Source of the DNA: Candidatus Saccharimonadota bacterium
GTDB lineage: Bacteria > Bacteroidota > Bacteroidia > Flavobacteriales > Blattabacteriaceae
Direction of reading: 5' to 3'
Length of the DNA stretch: 32,000 bases
Assembly: GCA_029851085.1 (NCBI GenBank)
Contig: CP100318.1
Coordinates: 240,001-272,000 of the forward strand
Below the pieces are notes generated by a model that did not search any database, had not been told where the DNA came from, and was given only the letters and a program-made list of their open reading frames with translations. A program made the translations under genes and the position numbers. This document shows positions 8,670-17,693 of the stretch, piece after piece (the first letter of the stretch is position 1; every line of letters starts with the position of its first letter).

Positions 8670-10811
8670 ATGATACCAAAAATTATACAAGAAAAGATTT
8701 TATTAAAAGATGGTAGAACTATTATATTAGAAACTGGAAAATTAGCTAGACAAGCAAATGGATCAGTTGTAGTACGTCTTGGAAATACTATGTTATTAGC
8801 TACTGTAGTAATAGCTAAAAAAATTAAAGAAGGAGTAGATTTTTTACCGTTAATAGTAGATTATAGAGAAAAATATTCTGCTGGAGGAAAAATTCCAGGA
8901 GGTTTTTTTAAACGTGAAGGTAGACCATCTGATGAAGAAATTTTAACAATGCGCTTAGTAGATCGTGTATTACGTCCTCTTTTTCCTAAAAATTTTTATA
9001 AAGAAATACAAATTATGATTTCACTTTTATCATATGATAAAGATGTATTACCAGATAATTTAGCAGGATTAGCTGCTTCAGCTGCATTAACATTATCAAA
9101 AATTCCTTTTAATGGCCCAATATCAGAAGTACGTATTATACGAATAGATAATAAATTCATTATAAATCCTGGTATAGAACAATTAAAAAAAGCAAATCTA
9201 GATTTAGTAGTTGGTGCTTCTAAAGATTCTATTATTATGGTTGAAGGTGAAATGAAAGAAGTTTCAGAATTTGATTTAATTAATGCTATTAAAGAAGCAC
9301 ACAAAGATATAATATTACAAATAGATGCTCAATGTCGTTTACTTGAACAATTAAATTTGTATTATCCCCAAAAAAAATATGAATATATAGAAGAAGAAAT
9401 AAATAATTCAAATTTAGATTTGAAAGAAAAACTTTTATTTTTTTCTAAAAAAAAACTTAATGAAGTTTATAAAAAAAAATTAAATAAACAGGATCGTTCA
9501 ATAATTTATGATAATATTTTAAAAGAATTTAAAAAGAATTTTTCAAATACAGAATTAGAAGAATATGAATTACTTATTGATCAATATTTTGCAGAAATTA
9601 AAAAAGAATTATTTCGTAATAATCTTTTAAAAGAAGGTATTCGTTTAGATGGTCGTACTTATAAAGAAATTAGGCCTATATGGTGTGAAGTAGATTGTTT
9701 ACCATGTGTTCATGGTTCAGCTTTATTTTCTCGTGGAGAAACTCAATCATTAACTACTATAACTTTAGGTTCATCTTTAGATGTTAATAAGATAGATAAT
9801 GCTCTTATGGCAGATAAAGAAAAATTTTATATACATTATAATTTTATGCCTTTTTCTACTAGGGAAATTCGTCCTATTAGAGGAGTTTCACGACGTGAAA
9901 TTGGACATGGTAATTTAGCCAAACGTGCATTAAAAAATGTAATTCCTACTAATATACCTTATACTATTCGTGTAGTATCAGATATTTTAGAATCTAATGG
10001 ATCCTCTTCTATGGCTACTGTTTGTGCTAGTTCATTAGCTTTAATGGATGCAGGAATATCTATAGTAAATCCAGTAGCAGGAATTGCTATGGGATTAATA
10101 ATTGATAATATTACAGGAAAATATATAATATTATCAGATATTTTAGGTGATGAAGATCATATAGGTGATATGGATTTAAAAATAACAGGTACTAATAATG
10201 GAATTACATCTTGTCAAATGGATATTAAAATTAATGGTTTATCATATAAAATTTTAGAAAAAGCTATTTTACAAGCAAAAGAAGGTTATTTATATATTTT
10301 GCATAAAATGCTAAATACTATTCATGAACCGAGAAAAAATTTAAAACCTAATGCTCCTAAAATTTATATTTTTAATATTCCTAAAAAATTTATAGGTTCT
10401 GTTATTGGACCTAATGGTAGAATTATTCAACAAATACAAGTTGATACAAATACTAGTATATCAATTGAAGAAAAAGAAAATTTAGGTGTTGTTGAAATTT
10501 TGGGAAAAGAATCTTCTAAAATAGAAGATGCAGTTAATAAAATTAAAAAAATAGTATTTATACCTGAAGTAGGAAAAATATATAATGCTAAAGTTAAATC
10601 TATTAGAGAATTTGGTGCATTTCTTGAATTATCTAAAGGAATAGAAGGATTACTTCACATATCTGAAATAGAACATAAAAGATTAAGAAAAGTAGAAGAT
10701 GTATTAAAAATAGGTGATGAAATAAAAGTTAAATTATTAGATATAGATAAAAAAAATGGAAAAATTAGATTATCCAGAAAAATACTATTACCTAATAAAT
10801 CAAATTATTAA
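8670..10811 (+). CDS. pnp: polyribonucleotide nucleotidyltransferase (PNPase)
   Basis: 713 aa. Two RNase PH domains (GKLARQANGSV; RLDGR...IRPI; GSSSMATVCASSLALMDAGI), a KH domain (IGSVIGPNGRIIQ) and an S1 domain (GKIYNAKVKSIREFGAFLEL). Confidence 0.95.
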   Translation: MIPKIIQEKILLKDGRTIILETGKLARQANGSVVVRLGNTMLLATVVIAKKIKEGVDFLPLIVDYREKYSAGGKIPGGFFKREGRPSDEEILTMRLVDRVLRPLFPKNFYKEIQIMISLLSYDKDVLPDNLAGLAASAALTLSKIPFNGPISEVRIIRIDNKFIINPGIEQLKKANLDLVVGASKDSIIMVEGEMKEVSEFDLINAIKEAHKDIILQIDAQCRLLEQLNLYYPQKKYEYIEEEINNSNLDLKEKLLFFSKKKLNEVYKKKLNKQDRSIIYDNILKEFKKNFSNTELEEYELLIDQYFAEIKKELFRNNLLKEGIRLDGRTYKEIRPIWCEVDCLPCVHGSALFSRGETQSLTTITLGSSLDVNKIDNALMADKEKFYIHYNFMPFSTREIRPIRGVSRREIGHGNLAKRALKNVIPTNIPYTIRVVSDILESNGSSSMATVCASSLALMDAGISIVNPVAGIAMGLIIDNITGKYIILSDILGDEDHIGDMDLKITGTNNGITSCQMDIKINGLSYKILEKAILQAKEGYLYILHKMLNTIHEPRKNLKPNAPKIYIFNIPKKFIGSVIGPNGRIIQQIQVDTNTSISIEEKENLGVVEILGKESSKIEDAVNKIKKIVFIPEVGKIYNAKVKSIREFGAFLELSKGIEGLLHISEIEHKRLRKVEDVLKIGDEIKVKLLDIDKKNGKIRLSRKILLPNKSNY

Positions 10812-10829
10812 AATTTAAAATAAAATATT

Positions 10830-11729
10830 ATGAGACAGCTAAAAATAACTAAACAAGTAACTAATAGAGAGGCTGAATCATTAGATAAATATCTTCATGA
10901 AATTGGAAAAATAAATTTATTAACTCCTGAAGAAGAAATAAAATATGCACGTAAAATAAGATTAGGAGTTAAGCCTGATGCTACACAATCAGAAAAAATA
11001 GAAGAAAAAATAGCATTAAAAAAACTTGTAGAAAGTAATTTACGTTTTGTTGTATCTGTGGCTAAACAATATCAAAATCAAGGATTAAGTCTATGTGATT
11101 TAATAAATGAAGGAAATGTAGGTCTTATTAAAGCAGCATTTCGTTTTGATGAGACTAAAGGATTTAAATTTATATCATATGCAGTATGGTGGATAAGACA
11201 ATGTATTTTACAAGCTATTGCTGAACAATCTCGTCCTGTTCGTCAACCTACTAATAAACAAGGATTGAACAGCAAAGTTCATAAAGCTATTGCTAAATTA
11301 GAACAAGAATTACATAGATCTCCATATATAGGAGAAATAGCTGATTTTTTAAATATGTTTGAAAAAGATGTAGAAGAATCTTTAAAAAATTCAGTAAGAC
11401 ATATTTCTATGGATGCTCCATTAATAGAAGGTGAAGATTCTAATTTATATGATGTTATCAAATATGATGAATCGCCAAGTCCTGATATAAATTTAGAAAA
11501 AGAATCACTATGTCAAGAAATTGAAAGAGCACTTAATACACTTAATGAACGTGAACGTCTTGTAATTAAATTATATTTTGGATTATGTGGCTGTACACCA
11601 ATGACATTAGAAGAAATAGGAATAGTTGCTAATTTAACTAGAGAACGGGTTAGACAGATACAAAATAATGCATTAAAAAGATTAAAAAATCAATCTCGTA
11701 GTAAAAATTTATTAAATTATTTAAGGTAA
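10830..11729 (+). CDS. rpoD: primary RNA polymerase sigma factor, short Bacteroidota type
   Basis: 299 aa. Region 2 is NLRFVVSVAKQYQNQGLSLCDLINEGNVGLIKAAFRFD...FKFISYAVWWIRQ. Region 4 is TLEEIGIVANLTRERVRQIQNNALKRL. Confidence 0.92.
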   Translation: MRQLKITKQVTNREAESLDKYLHEIGKINLLTPEEEIKYARKIRLGVKPDATQSEKIEEKIALKKLVESNLRFVVSVAKQYQNQGLSLCDLINEGNVGLIKAAFRFDETKGFKFISYAVWWIRQCILQAIAEQSRPVRQPTNKQGLNSKVHKAIAKLEQELHRSPYIGEIADFLNMFEKDVEESLKNSVRHISMDAPLIEGEDSNLYDVIKYDESPSPDINLEKESLCQEIERALNTLNERERLVIKLYFGLCGCTPMTLEEIGIVANLTRERVRQIQNNALKRLKNQSRSKNLLNYLR

Positions 11730-12038
11730 TTTATCTTTAGGTGATACAAAATTTTTATTATGACGTTCTGAAATAACTTCTTTTCCTTTTTTTTCTAAAA
11801 TAAATTCAATTACATTATTTAATATTTCTTTAAATTCTTGAAAATCTTCTTTATATAAATAAATTTTATTTTTTTTATATATGATTTCTCCATTTTCAGA
11901 AAAAAATCTTTTACTTTCATTAATAGTTAAAAAATAATCTCCAGCACGTGTTTCTTTAACATCAAAAAAATACGTACGATTACCAGATTTTAAAACGTTT
12001 GAATAAACCATATGTTTTATCTTGCTTTTTTCGTCCAT
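11721..12038 (-). CDS. DUF3276 / PUR-alpha-like nucleic-acid-binding protein (Bacteroidota-specific family)
   Basis: 105 aa with VYSNVLKSGNRTYFFDVKETRAGDYFLTINESKR...IYLYKEDF. Its 3' end overlaps the convergent rpoD 3' end by 9 nt. Confidence 0.75.
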   Translation of the reverse strand: MDEKSKIKHMVYSNVLKSGNRTYFFDVKETRAGDYFLTINESKRFFSENGEIIYKKNKIYLYKEDFQEFKEILNNVIEFILEKKGKEVISERHNKNFVSPKDKLP

Positions 12039-12125
12039 TATACTTTAGTTTTAAAAAAAAAATTTTTAAGATTAAAAATCTAATTATATTTAATATAAAT
12101 ATATAAAATATTTTAAATATTAAAA

Positions 12126-13055
12126 ATGTTCTTTAGACGTTATTTTAGAATAAAAAGTATGCAATTTTTATATGCTAAATATATCACTAATATTGATCAT
12201 AATATAGTAGAATTAACTAATAGTATTGATACATTACATAATTTATATATTTATATAATAAAATTAATATTAATTATTAGAAATAAAGCTAAAGAATCTT
12301 TTAAAAAAAAATCTATAAGTGATTTTTTTTTAAAAAATAATGTTATTAATTTATTGATGAATAATATTTATATATCTAATTTTAATGAAAAATTATTTCA
12401 ATTTCATTTAATAAATGATGACGATATTTTAATGTTATTAAATGAATTCTGTAATTCATCTTTGTATAAAGATTATATAAATACTCCTACATCTTTTTTA
12501 AGAGATAAAAATTTTTTAATAAAATATTATGAATGTTTTATTATGAAAAAACTTTATAAAGTTTTTGAAGATAATATAACATTGGATTTAAATTATGCAC
12601 ATTTAATGGTTTATAATACATTAAAAAATATAAACCCTAAATATAATAATGTTAATTTATATAAATTAAATATAGATTATAAAAATTTTATTATTAATCT
12701 ATATTGTAAAACATTAACTAATAAATTTAAATTTAATAAATTAATATCTAATGTGCTTATTAATTGGGATATAAAACGTATAGCTATATTAGATTTAATT
12801 GTTATGCATATGGCTATATGTGAATTTTTATATTTTCCTAATATACCTACTAAAGTAACTATTAATGAATATATAGAAATAATAAAATTATTTTCTACTA
12901 TTAAAAGTCCAATATTTATTAATGGTATTTTAGATAAAATATTAAAAATATTAGATACAAAAATTATAAAAATAGGAAAAGGTTTATTACTAGGTGGACG
13001 ACCGGATTCGAACCGGCGACTTTCAGAACCACAATCTGATGCTCTAACCTACTGA
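12126..13055 (+). CDS. nusB: transcription antitermination factor NusB, long Bacteroidota form; the 3' end reads through the antisense tRNA-His
   Basis: N-terminus RRYFRIKSMQFLYA. The C-terminal NusB domain reads WDIKRIAILDLIVMHMAICEFLYFPNIPTKVTINEYIEIIKLFSTIKSPIFINGILDKI. The first in-frame stop (TGA 13053-13055) lies inside the tRNA-His gene. Confidence 0.85.
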   Translation: MFFRRYFRIKSMQFLYAKYITNIDHNIVELTNSIDTLHNLYIYIIKLILIIRNKAKESFKKKSISDFFLKNNVINLLMNNIYISNFNEKLFQFHLINDDDILMLLNEFCNSSLYKDYINTPTSFLRDKNFLIKYYECFIMKKLYKVFEDNITLDLNYAHLMVYNTLKNINPKYNNVNLYKLNIDYKNFIINLYCKTLTNKFKFNKLISNVLINWDIKRIAILDLIVMHMAICEFLYFPNIPTKVTINEYIEIIKLFSTIKSPIFINGILDKILKILDTKIIKIGKGLLLGGRPDSNRRLSEPQSDALTY

Positions 13056-13067
13056 GCTACGCCCACC
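12993..13067 (-). tRNA. tRNA-His (anticodon GTG) with a genome-encoded G-1
   Basis: The reverse complement is g-gtgggcg...cgtccac-c. Anticodon stem tcaga/tctga with loop ttGTGgt, and T-arm gccgg-ttcgaat-ccggt. Confidence 0.9.
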
Positions 13068-13087
13068 ATAATACCAAATAATATTAT

Positions 13088-15010
13088 CTATATATAAAAT
13101 ATTGAATTTTTTTTATTTATTGAATTTTTTTTATTTATTTTTTTCTTTGTATGTATATAAAGTAATAATATATTAATATCAGATGGTGAAATTCCACTAA
13201 TTCTATAAGCTTGGCCAATAGAAAATGGTTTATATAAATTTAATTTTTCTATAGCCTCAGAAGATAAAGATTTTATGATTGAATAATCAAAATTAGAAGG
13301 TATACTAATATTTTCTAATTGTAATAATTTATTTGCATTCTTTAGTTCTTTTTCTATATATGTTTTATATTTTATTTGAATTGAAACTTCTTCTAATATT
13401 TCTTCATTTAAATTGTGCTCTTTTATATAGTTATATATTATAGGTATTGATACTATGTCTTTAATAGATATTTCTGGACGTAATAATAAAACATTAATTT
13501 TATTTGATTTGTTAATTAATGATAATTTTTTTTCTTTTAAAATAGTATTTATTTCTTCAGGAAGAATATCTTTATTTTCGAAAAAAAATAAACAAGATTT
13601 TATTTTTTTTAATTTATTTTCAAGTTTTTGCATACGTTCAATACTTGCTAAGTTTAATTTATAACTTATAGGAGTTAGTCTTTCATCAGCATTATCTTGT
13701 CTAAGTAGCATACGATGTTCTGCTCTTGATGTAAACATTCTATAAGGTTCTTGAGTACCTTTATTAATTAAATCATCAATTAACACACCTATATAAGCTT
13801 CGTTTCTTTTTAAAATAAATGGATCTTTTTCATTAATTTTTAAATGTGCATTTATACCTGCCATAATACCTTGTGCTGCAGCTTCTTCATATCCAGTCGT
13901 TCCATTAATTTGTCCAGCAAAAAATAAATTATTTATAATTTTTGTTTCTAAATTATAATTAAGTTGAGTAGGAGGAAAATAATCATATTCTATAGCATAA
14001 CCTATTTTAAATATTTTAACCATTTCAAAACCTGATATTTTTTGCATAGCTTTATATTGAATGTCTGCAGGTAAAGAAGTAGAAAAACCATTAATATAAA
14101 CTTCTATTGTATTCCAACCTTCTGGTTCTATAAATATTTGATGTTGGTCTTTATTTTGAAAACGATAAATTTTATCTTCAATAGAAGGACAATATCTAGG
14201 TCCTTTGCTTTTAATAGATCCATTAAAAATAGGAGATTTATCCAAATTATTACGTATAATATCGTGTACTTGTTCGTTAGTATATGTTATATAACAATTA
14301 CGTTGATGATTTAAATTTATAGTATTTAAATATGAAAATTGTTTTGATGGATTATCTCCTTGTTGTTTAAACATTTTGGAATAATTTAAAGATCTTCCAT
14401 CTACTCTTGGTGAAGTACCTGTTTTCATTCTTCCAGAAGAAAATCCTAAATTTTTCAATTGTTCAGTAATTCCCAAAGATGATTTTTCTGATATCCTTCC
14501 TCCATTAATTTTTTTATTTCCTATATGTATTACACCATTTAAAAATGTTCCATTAGTTAATATAACAGATTTACTTTTAATTTTTAATCCCATAATAGTA
14601 CATACTCCTATTACTTTATCCCCTTTTATTAATAAAGATGTTACAGTATCTTGAAAAAGATCTAAATTAGGAATAGCTTCTAAAGTTAATCTCCATTCTT
14701 CTGTAAAACGTCTTCTATCTGATTGTGCTCTAGGACTCCACATGGCTGGTCCTTTAGATTTATTTAACATTCTAAATTGTATCATTGTTTTATCCGTAAT
14801 AAGGCCTGAATAACCTCCTAAAGCATCTATTTCTCTAACAATTTGTCCCTTAGCTATTCCACCTATAGCTGGATTACATGACATATTACCGATTAATTGT
14901 ATATTCATGGTTATTAATAATGTATTTGATCCCATATTAGCAGCAGCAGCAGCAGCTTCAGCACCTGCATGTCCACCACCAACAACAATTACATCATAAT
15001 TTATAAACAT
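13088..15010 (-). CDS. mnmG: tRNA uridine 5-carboxymethylaminomethyl modification enzyme MnmG (GidA)
   Basis: 640 aa. FAD motif YDVIVVGGGHAGAEAA, then CNPAIGG, FFAGQINGTTGYEEAAAQG and SRAEHRMLLRQDNAD. Confidence 0.95.
   Translation of the reverse strand: MFINYDVIVVGGGHAGAEAAAAAANMGSNTLLITMNIQLIGNMSCNPAIGGIAKGQIVREIDALGGYSGLITDKTMIQFRMLNKSKGPAMWSPRAQSDRRRFTEEWRLTLEAIPNLDLFQDTVTSLLIKGDKVIGVCTIMGLKIKSKSVILTNGTFLNGVIHIGNKKINGGRISEKSSLGITEQLKNLGFSSGRMKTGTSPRVDGRSLNYSKMFKQQGDNPSKQFSYLNTINLNHQRNCYITYTNEQVHDIIRNNLDKSPIFNGSIKSKGPRYCPSIEDKIYRFQNKDQHQIFIEPEGWNTIEVYINGFSTSLPADIQYKAMQKISGFEMVKIFKIGYAIEYDYFPPTQLNYNLETKIINNLFFAGQINGTTGYEEAAAQGIMAGINAHLKINEKDPFILKRNEAYIGVLIDDLINKGTQEPYRMFTSRAEHRMLLRQDNADERLTPISYKLNLASIERMQKLENKLKKIKSCLFFFENKDILPEEINTILKEKKLSLINKSNKINVLLLRPEISIKDIVSIPIIYNYIKEHNLNEEILEEVSIQIKYKTYIEKELKNANKLLQLENISIPSNFDYSIIKSLSSEAIEKLNLYKPFSIGQAYRISGISPSDINILLLYIHTKKKINKKNSINKKNSIFYI
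13101..13136. repeat. perfect 18-bp tandem duplication (attgaattttttttattt x2) in the 3' tail of mnmG
   Basis: 13101-13118 is identical to 13119-13136. On the minus strand this encodes INKKNS-INKKNS just before the TAG stop. Confidence 0.9.
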
Positions 15011-15020
15011 ATAAACATTA

Positions 15021-15452
15021 TTATTTATAATTAATATGAAATAATTTAATATAAAAGTTTTCTTTATAATGCATTATTTGTCTATCAATTTTTGATTTAT
15101 CATCATATCCAGATAAATGTAATATTGCATGTATCATTACTCTTTTTAATTCATCATTAAAATTATTAGATAATATATAAGCATTTTCAATTACACGATC
15201 TATACTAATAAATATATCTCCATATAATATATTTATATTAATTGTATAATTAAAAGTTATAACATCAGTATAATTATTATGATTTAAATATTTTTGATTT
15301 AGTTTAAATAAATATTCATCATTACAAAAAATAAAATTAATATTTTTTAAATTTTTTACTTCATTTTTTATTGCAAATAATATCCATTTAATAAATAATA
15401 GTCTATTTTTTTTTGTAAAAAAAAAGTTAGTTTCATAAAAAAAATAAATCAT
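15021..15452 (-). CDS. ybeY: rRNA maturation endoribonuclease YbeY
   Basis: 143 aa with the metal-binding motif HAILHLSGYDD. Confidence 0.88.
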   Translation of the reverse strand: MIYFFYETNFFFTKKNRLLFIKWILFAIKNEVKNLKNINFIFCNDEYLFKLNQKYLNHNNYTDVITFNYTININILYGDIFISIDRVIENAYILSNNFNDELKRVMIHAILHLSGYDDKSKIDRQIMHYKENFYIKLFHINYK

Positions 15453-15457
15453 ATTTA

Positions 15458-16966
15458 TTAATATAAATAAATACGTTTAACTCTAAAAGAAATAGAAGTT
15501 AATATTTCATATGGTATTGTGTTACACATTTTAGCTAATTCTATTACATTAGGTTTATTTCCAAATATAACAACTTCATCACCTTCTTGGCAATTAATAG
15601 AAGTTATATCTACAATAAGCATATCCATACAAATAGCTATAATAAATGCTTTATTATTACCTATCATAATATATTTTAATTTTAAATTAATACCATCTGC
15701 ATATCCTATAGGGATAATAGCTATTGTTAAATTTTTTTTAGCTTTATACTTTAATCCATATCCTATTGTTGATCCTATAGGAACTTTTTTAAGTTTAGAA
15801 ATAATAGTTTTTAGGACACCTATAACCATTAATTTTTTTGATAAAAAACTATTTTCAGATATTATTCCATAAATACCTAAACCTAATCTAACCATATCAA
15901 ATTGAGCTTGAGTAAAATTCACAATACCAGAAGTATTTAAAATATGTTTAATAGAATTATATTTTATAATATTTGTTAATTGTTTATATATACTATTAAA
16001 ATTATTTATTTGTTGGAAAGTAAATTTATTTTCATTTTTATTATCACTAACTGCTAAATGAGAAAAAATAGATTTAACAAATATTTTTTTATTATTTTTT
16101 AATAAAATGTTACCTAACATAATAATATCATATTCTAAAAAACCCAATCTATGCATACCAGTATCTATTTTTAAATGTATGGGATATGGAGTATTTAAAG
16201 TATGTTTTTTCAATTCTTTTAAAAATTTATGTAAAACATAAAAATTATAAATTTCGGGTTCAAGATTATATTTAATAATAGCAAAATAATTACTACAATC
16301 AGGATTCATAACCATAATTGGTATAGTAATACCACATTTACGTAAATTTATTCCTTCATTAACAGATGCTACACCTAAATAATCAACTTTATGATCTTGT
16401 AAAATAATAGGAATTTCACAATTACTAATACCATAAGAAAAAGATTTTACCATTACCATTATCTTAGTTGTAGTTTTTAAATAAGATTTGAAGTAGTTTA
16501 AATTAAAAATCAATGATTTTAAATTAATCTCATATACTGTTATATTATAATCTTCTTCTAAAGATTCAACTATTTGTTTATATTCTGAATTAAGAGTTCC
16601 TTTTACAAGGATAACTTCATTTTGAAAATGATTTTTTTTTAAGATAAAATCTTTTGTATTTAAATAATAATCACAATTTTTAATTTTTTTGAAAATGGTA
16701 ATTTTTGTTCCAATTATAATTAATCTATTTATTTTTTGATTAAAAATCAAATTTTCAATAATAGTAGTATATTTGGTTATATATAATAAATTATAAATAA
16801 TAATAAGTGTTTTTTTATAATTTTTATATTTTTGTATAAAATCTACAGCAATTTTTATTGATTGTATATTAAAATTATAATTATCATTAATAATTAAACA
16901 ATTATTAATTCCCTTATAAATTTTATATTGTACTTTAATATCATTAAATTGATGTTTTAAAACCAT
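15458..16966 (-). CDS. alr: alanine racemase carrying an N-terminal remnant of a MurF-like domain
   Basis: The C-terminal roughly 370 aa are Alr-like: MVMVKSFSYG (PLP-lysine region), DYLGVASVNEGINLR, HLKIDTGMHRLG, IGYADG and TIPYEILTSIS.RV.R. The N-terminal roughly 130 aa (IINDNYNFNIQSIKIAVDFI...LIIIGTK...EVILVKGT) resemble the C-terminal domain of MurF, as in the Bacteroidota MurF/Alr fusion proteins. Confidence 0.8.
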   Translation of the reverse strand: MVLKHQFNDIKVQYKIYKGINNCLIINDNYNFNIQSIKIAVDFIQKYKNYKKTLIIIYNLLYITKYTTIIENLIFNQKINRLIIIGTKITIFKKIKNCDYYLNTKDFILKKNHFQNEVILVKGTLNSEYKQIVESLEEDYNITVYEINLKSLIFNLNYFKSYLKTTTKIMVMVKSFSYGISNCEIPIILQDHKVDYLGVASVNEGINLRKCGITIPIMVMNPDCSNYFAIIKYNLEPEIYNFYVLHKFLKELKKHTLNTPYPIHLKIDTGMHRLGFLEYDIIMLGNILLKNNKKIFVKSIFSHLAVSDNKNENKFTFQQINNFNSIYKQLTNIIKYNSIKHILNTSGIVNFTQAQFDMVRLGLGIYGIISENSFLSKKLMVIGVLKTIISKLKKVPIGSTIGYGLKYKAKKNLTIAIIPIGYADGINLKLKYIMIGNNKAFIIAICMDMLIVDITSINCQEGDEVVIFGNKPNVIELAKMCNTIPYEILTSISFRVKRIYLY

Positions 16967-17013
16967 AAAATAATGGAATTTTATATGTAAAAAAAATATA
17001 TATTTTTAATCAT

Positions 17014-17691
17014 ATGTTATATATTGTTCCAACTCCTATAGGAAATCTTGAAGATTTTAGTTTTAGAAGTATTAGAATACTTAAAGAATCAGATTTGATA
17101 TTAGTTGAAAATATTTTTTTTTCTAAAAAATTATTAAATTATTTTAATATTGATAAACCTATTAAAACTTATCATATATTTAATGAACATAAAATTATTC
17201 ATGATATTTTAAAAAAACTTAAAGAAGGAAAAATATTATCATTAATTTCTAATGCTGGTACGCCTAGTATATCAGATCCAGGTTATTTGCTAATAAAATA
17301 TTGTATTAAAGCTAAAATAGAAATAGACTGTTTACCAGGATCTACTGCATTTGTACCTGCTTTAGTTAATTCAGGTTTTCCTATAAATGAATTTGTATTT
17401 ATGGGTTTTTTACCATCTAAAAATAAAAGAAAAAAAAAATTGAAATATCTTTCAAAAGAAAATAAAACTATTGTTTTATATGAGTCACCTCATAAACTTG
17501 TAAAAACTTTATATGATTTACAACTATTTTTAGGTTTAGAAAAAAGAATAACTATTTGTAGAGAATTATCAAAAAAATTTCAAGAAATTATTAGAGGAAC
17601 TATCCAAGAAATGACTATTTATTTTAATAAAAATATTCCTAGAGGAGAATTTGTAATTGTATTAGAAGGCCAAAAAGATAAAAATAAATAA
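17014..17691 (+). CDS. rsmI: 16S rRNA (cytidine1402-2'-O)-methyltransferase RsmI
   Basis: LYIVPTPIGNLEDFSFRSIRILKESDLILVE, SNAGTPSISDPGYLL and LYESPHKL. Confidence 0.9.
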   Translation: MLYIVPTPIGNLEDFSFRSIRILKESDLILVENIFFSKKLLNYFNIDKPIKTYHIFNEHKIIHDILKKLKEGKILSLISNAGTPSISDPGYLLIKYCIKAKIEIDCLPGSTAFVPALVNSGFPINEFVFMGFLPSKNKRKKKLKYLSKENKTIVLYESPHKLVKTLYDLQLFLGLEKRITICRELSKKFQEIIRGTIQEMTIYFNKNIPRGEFVIVLEGQKDKNK

Positions 17692-17693
17692 AT

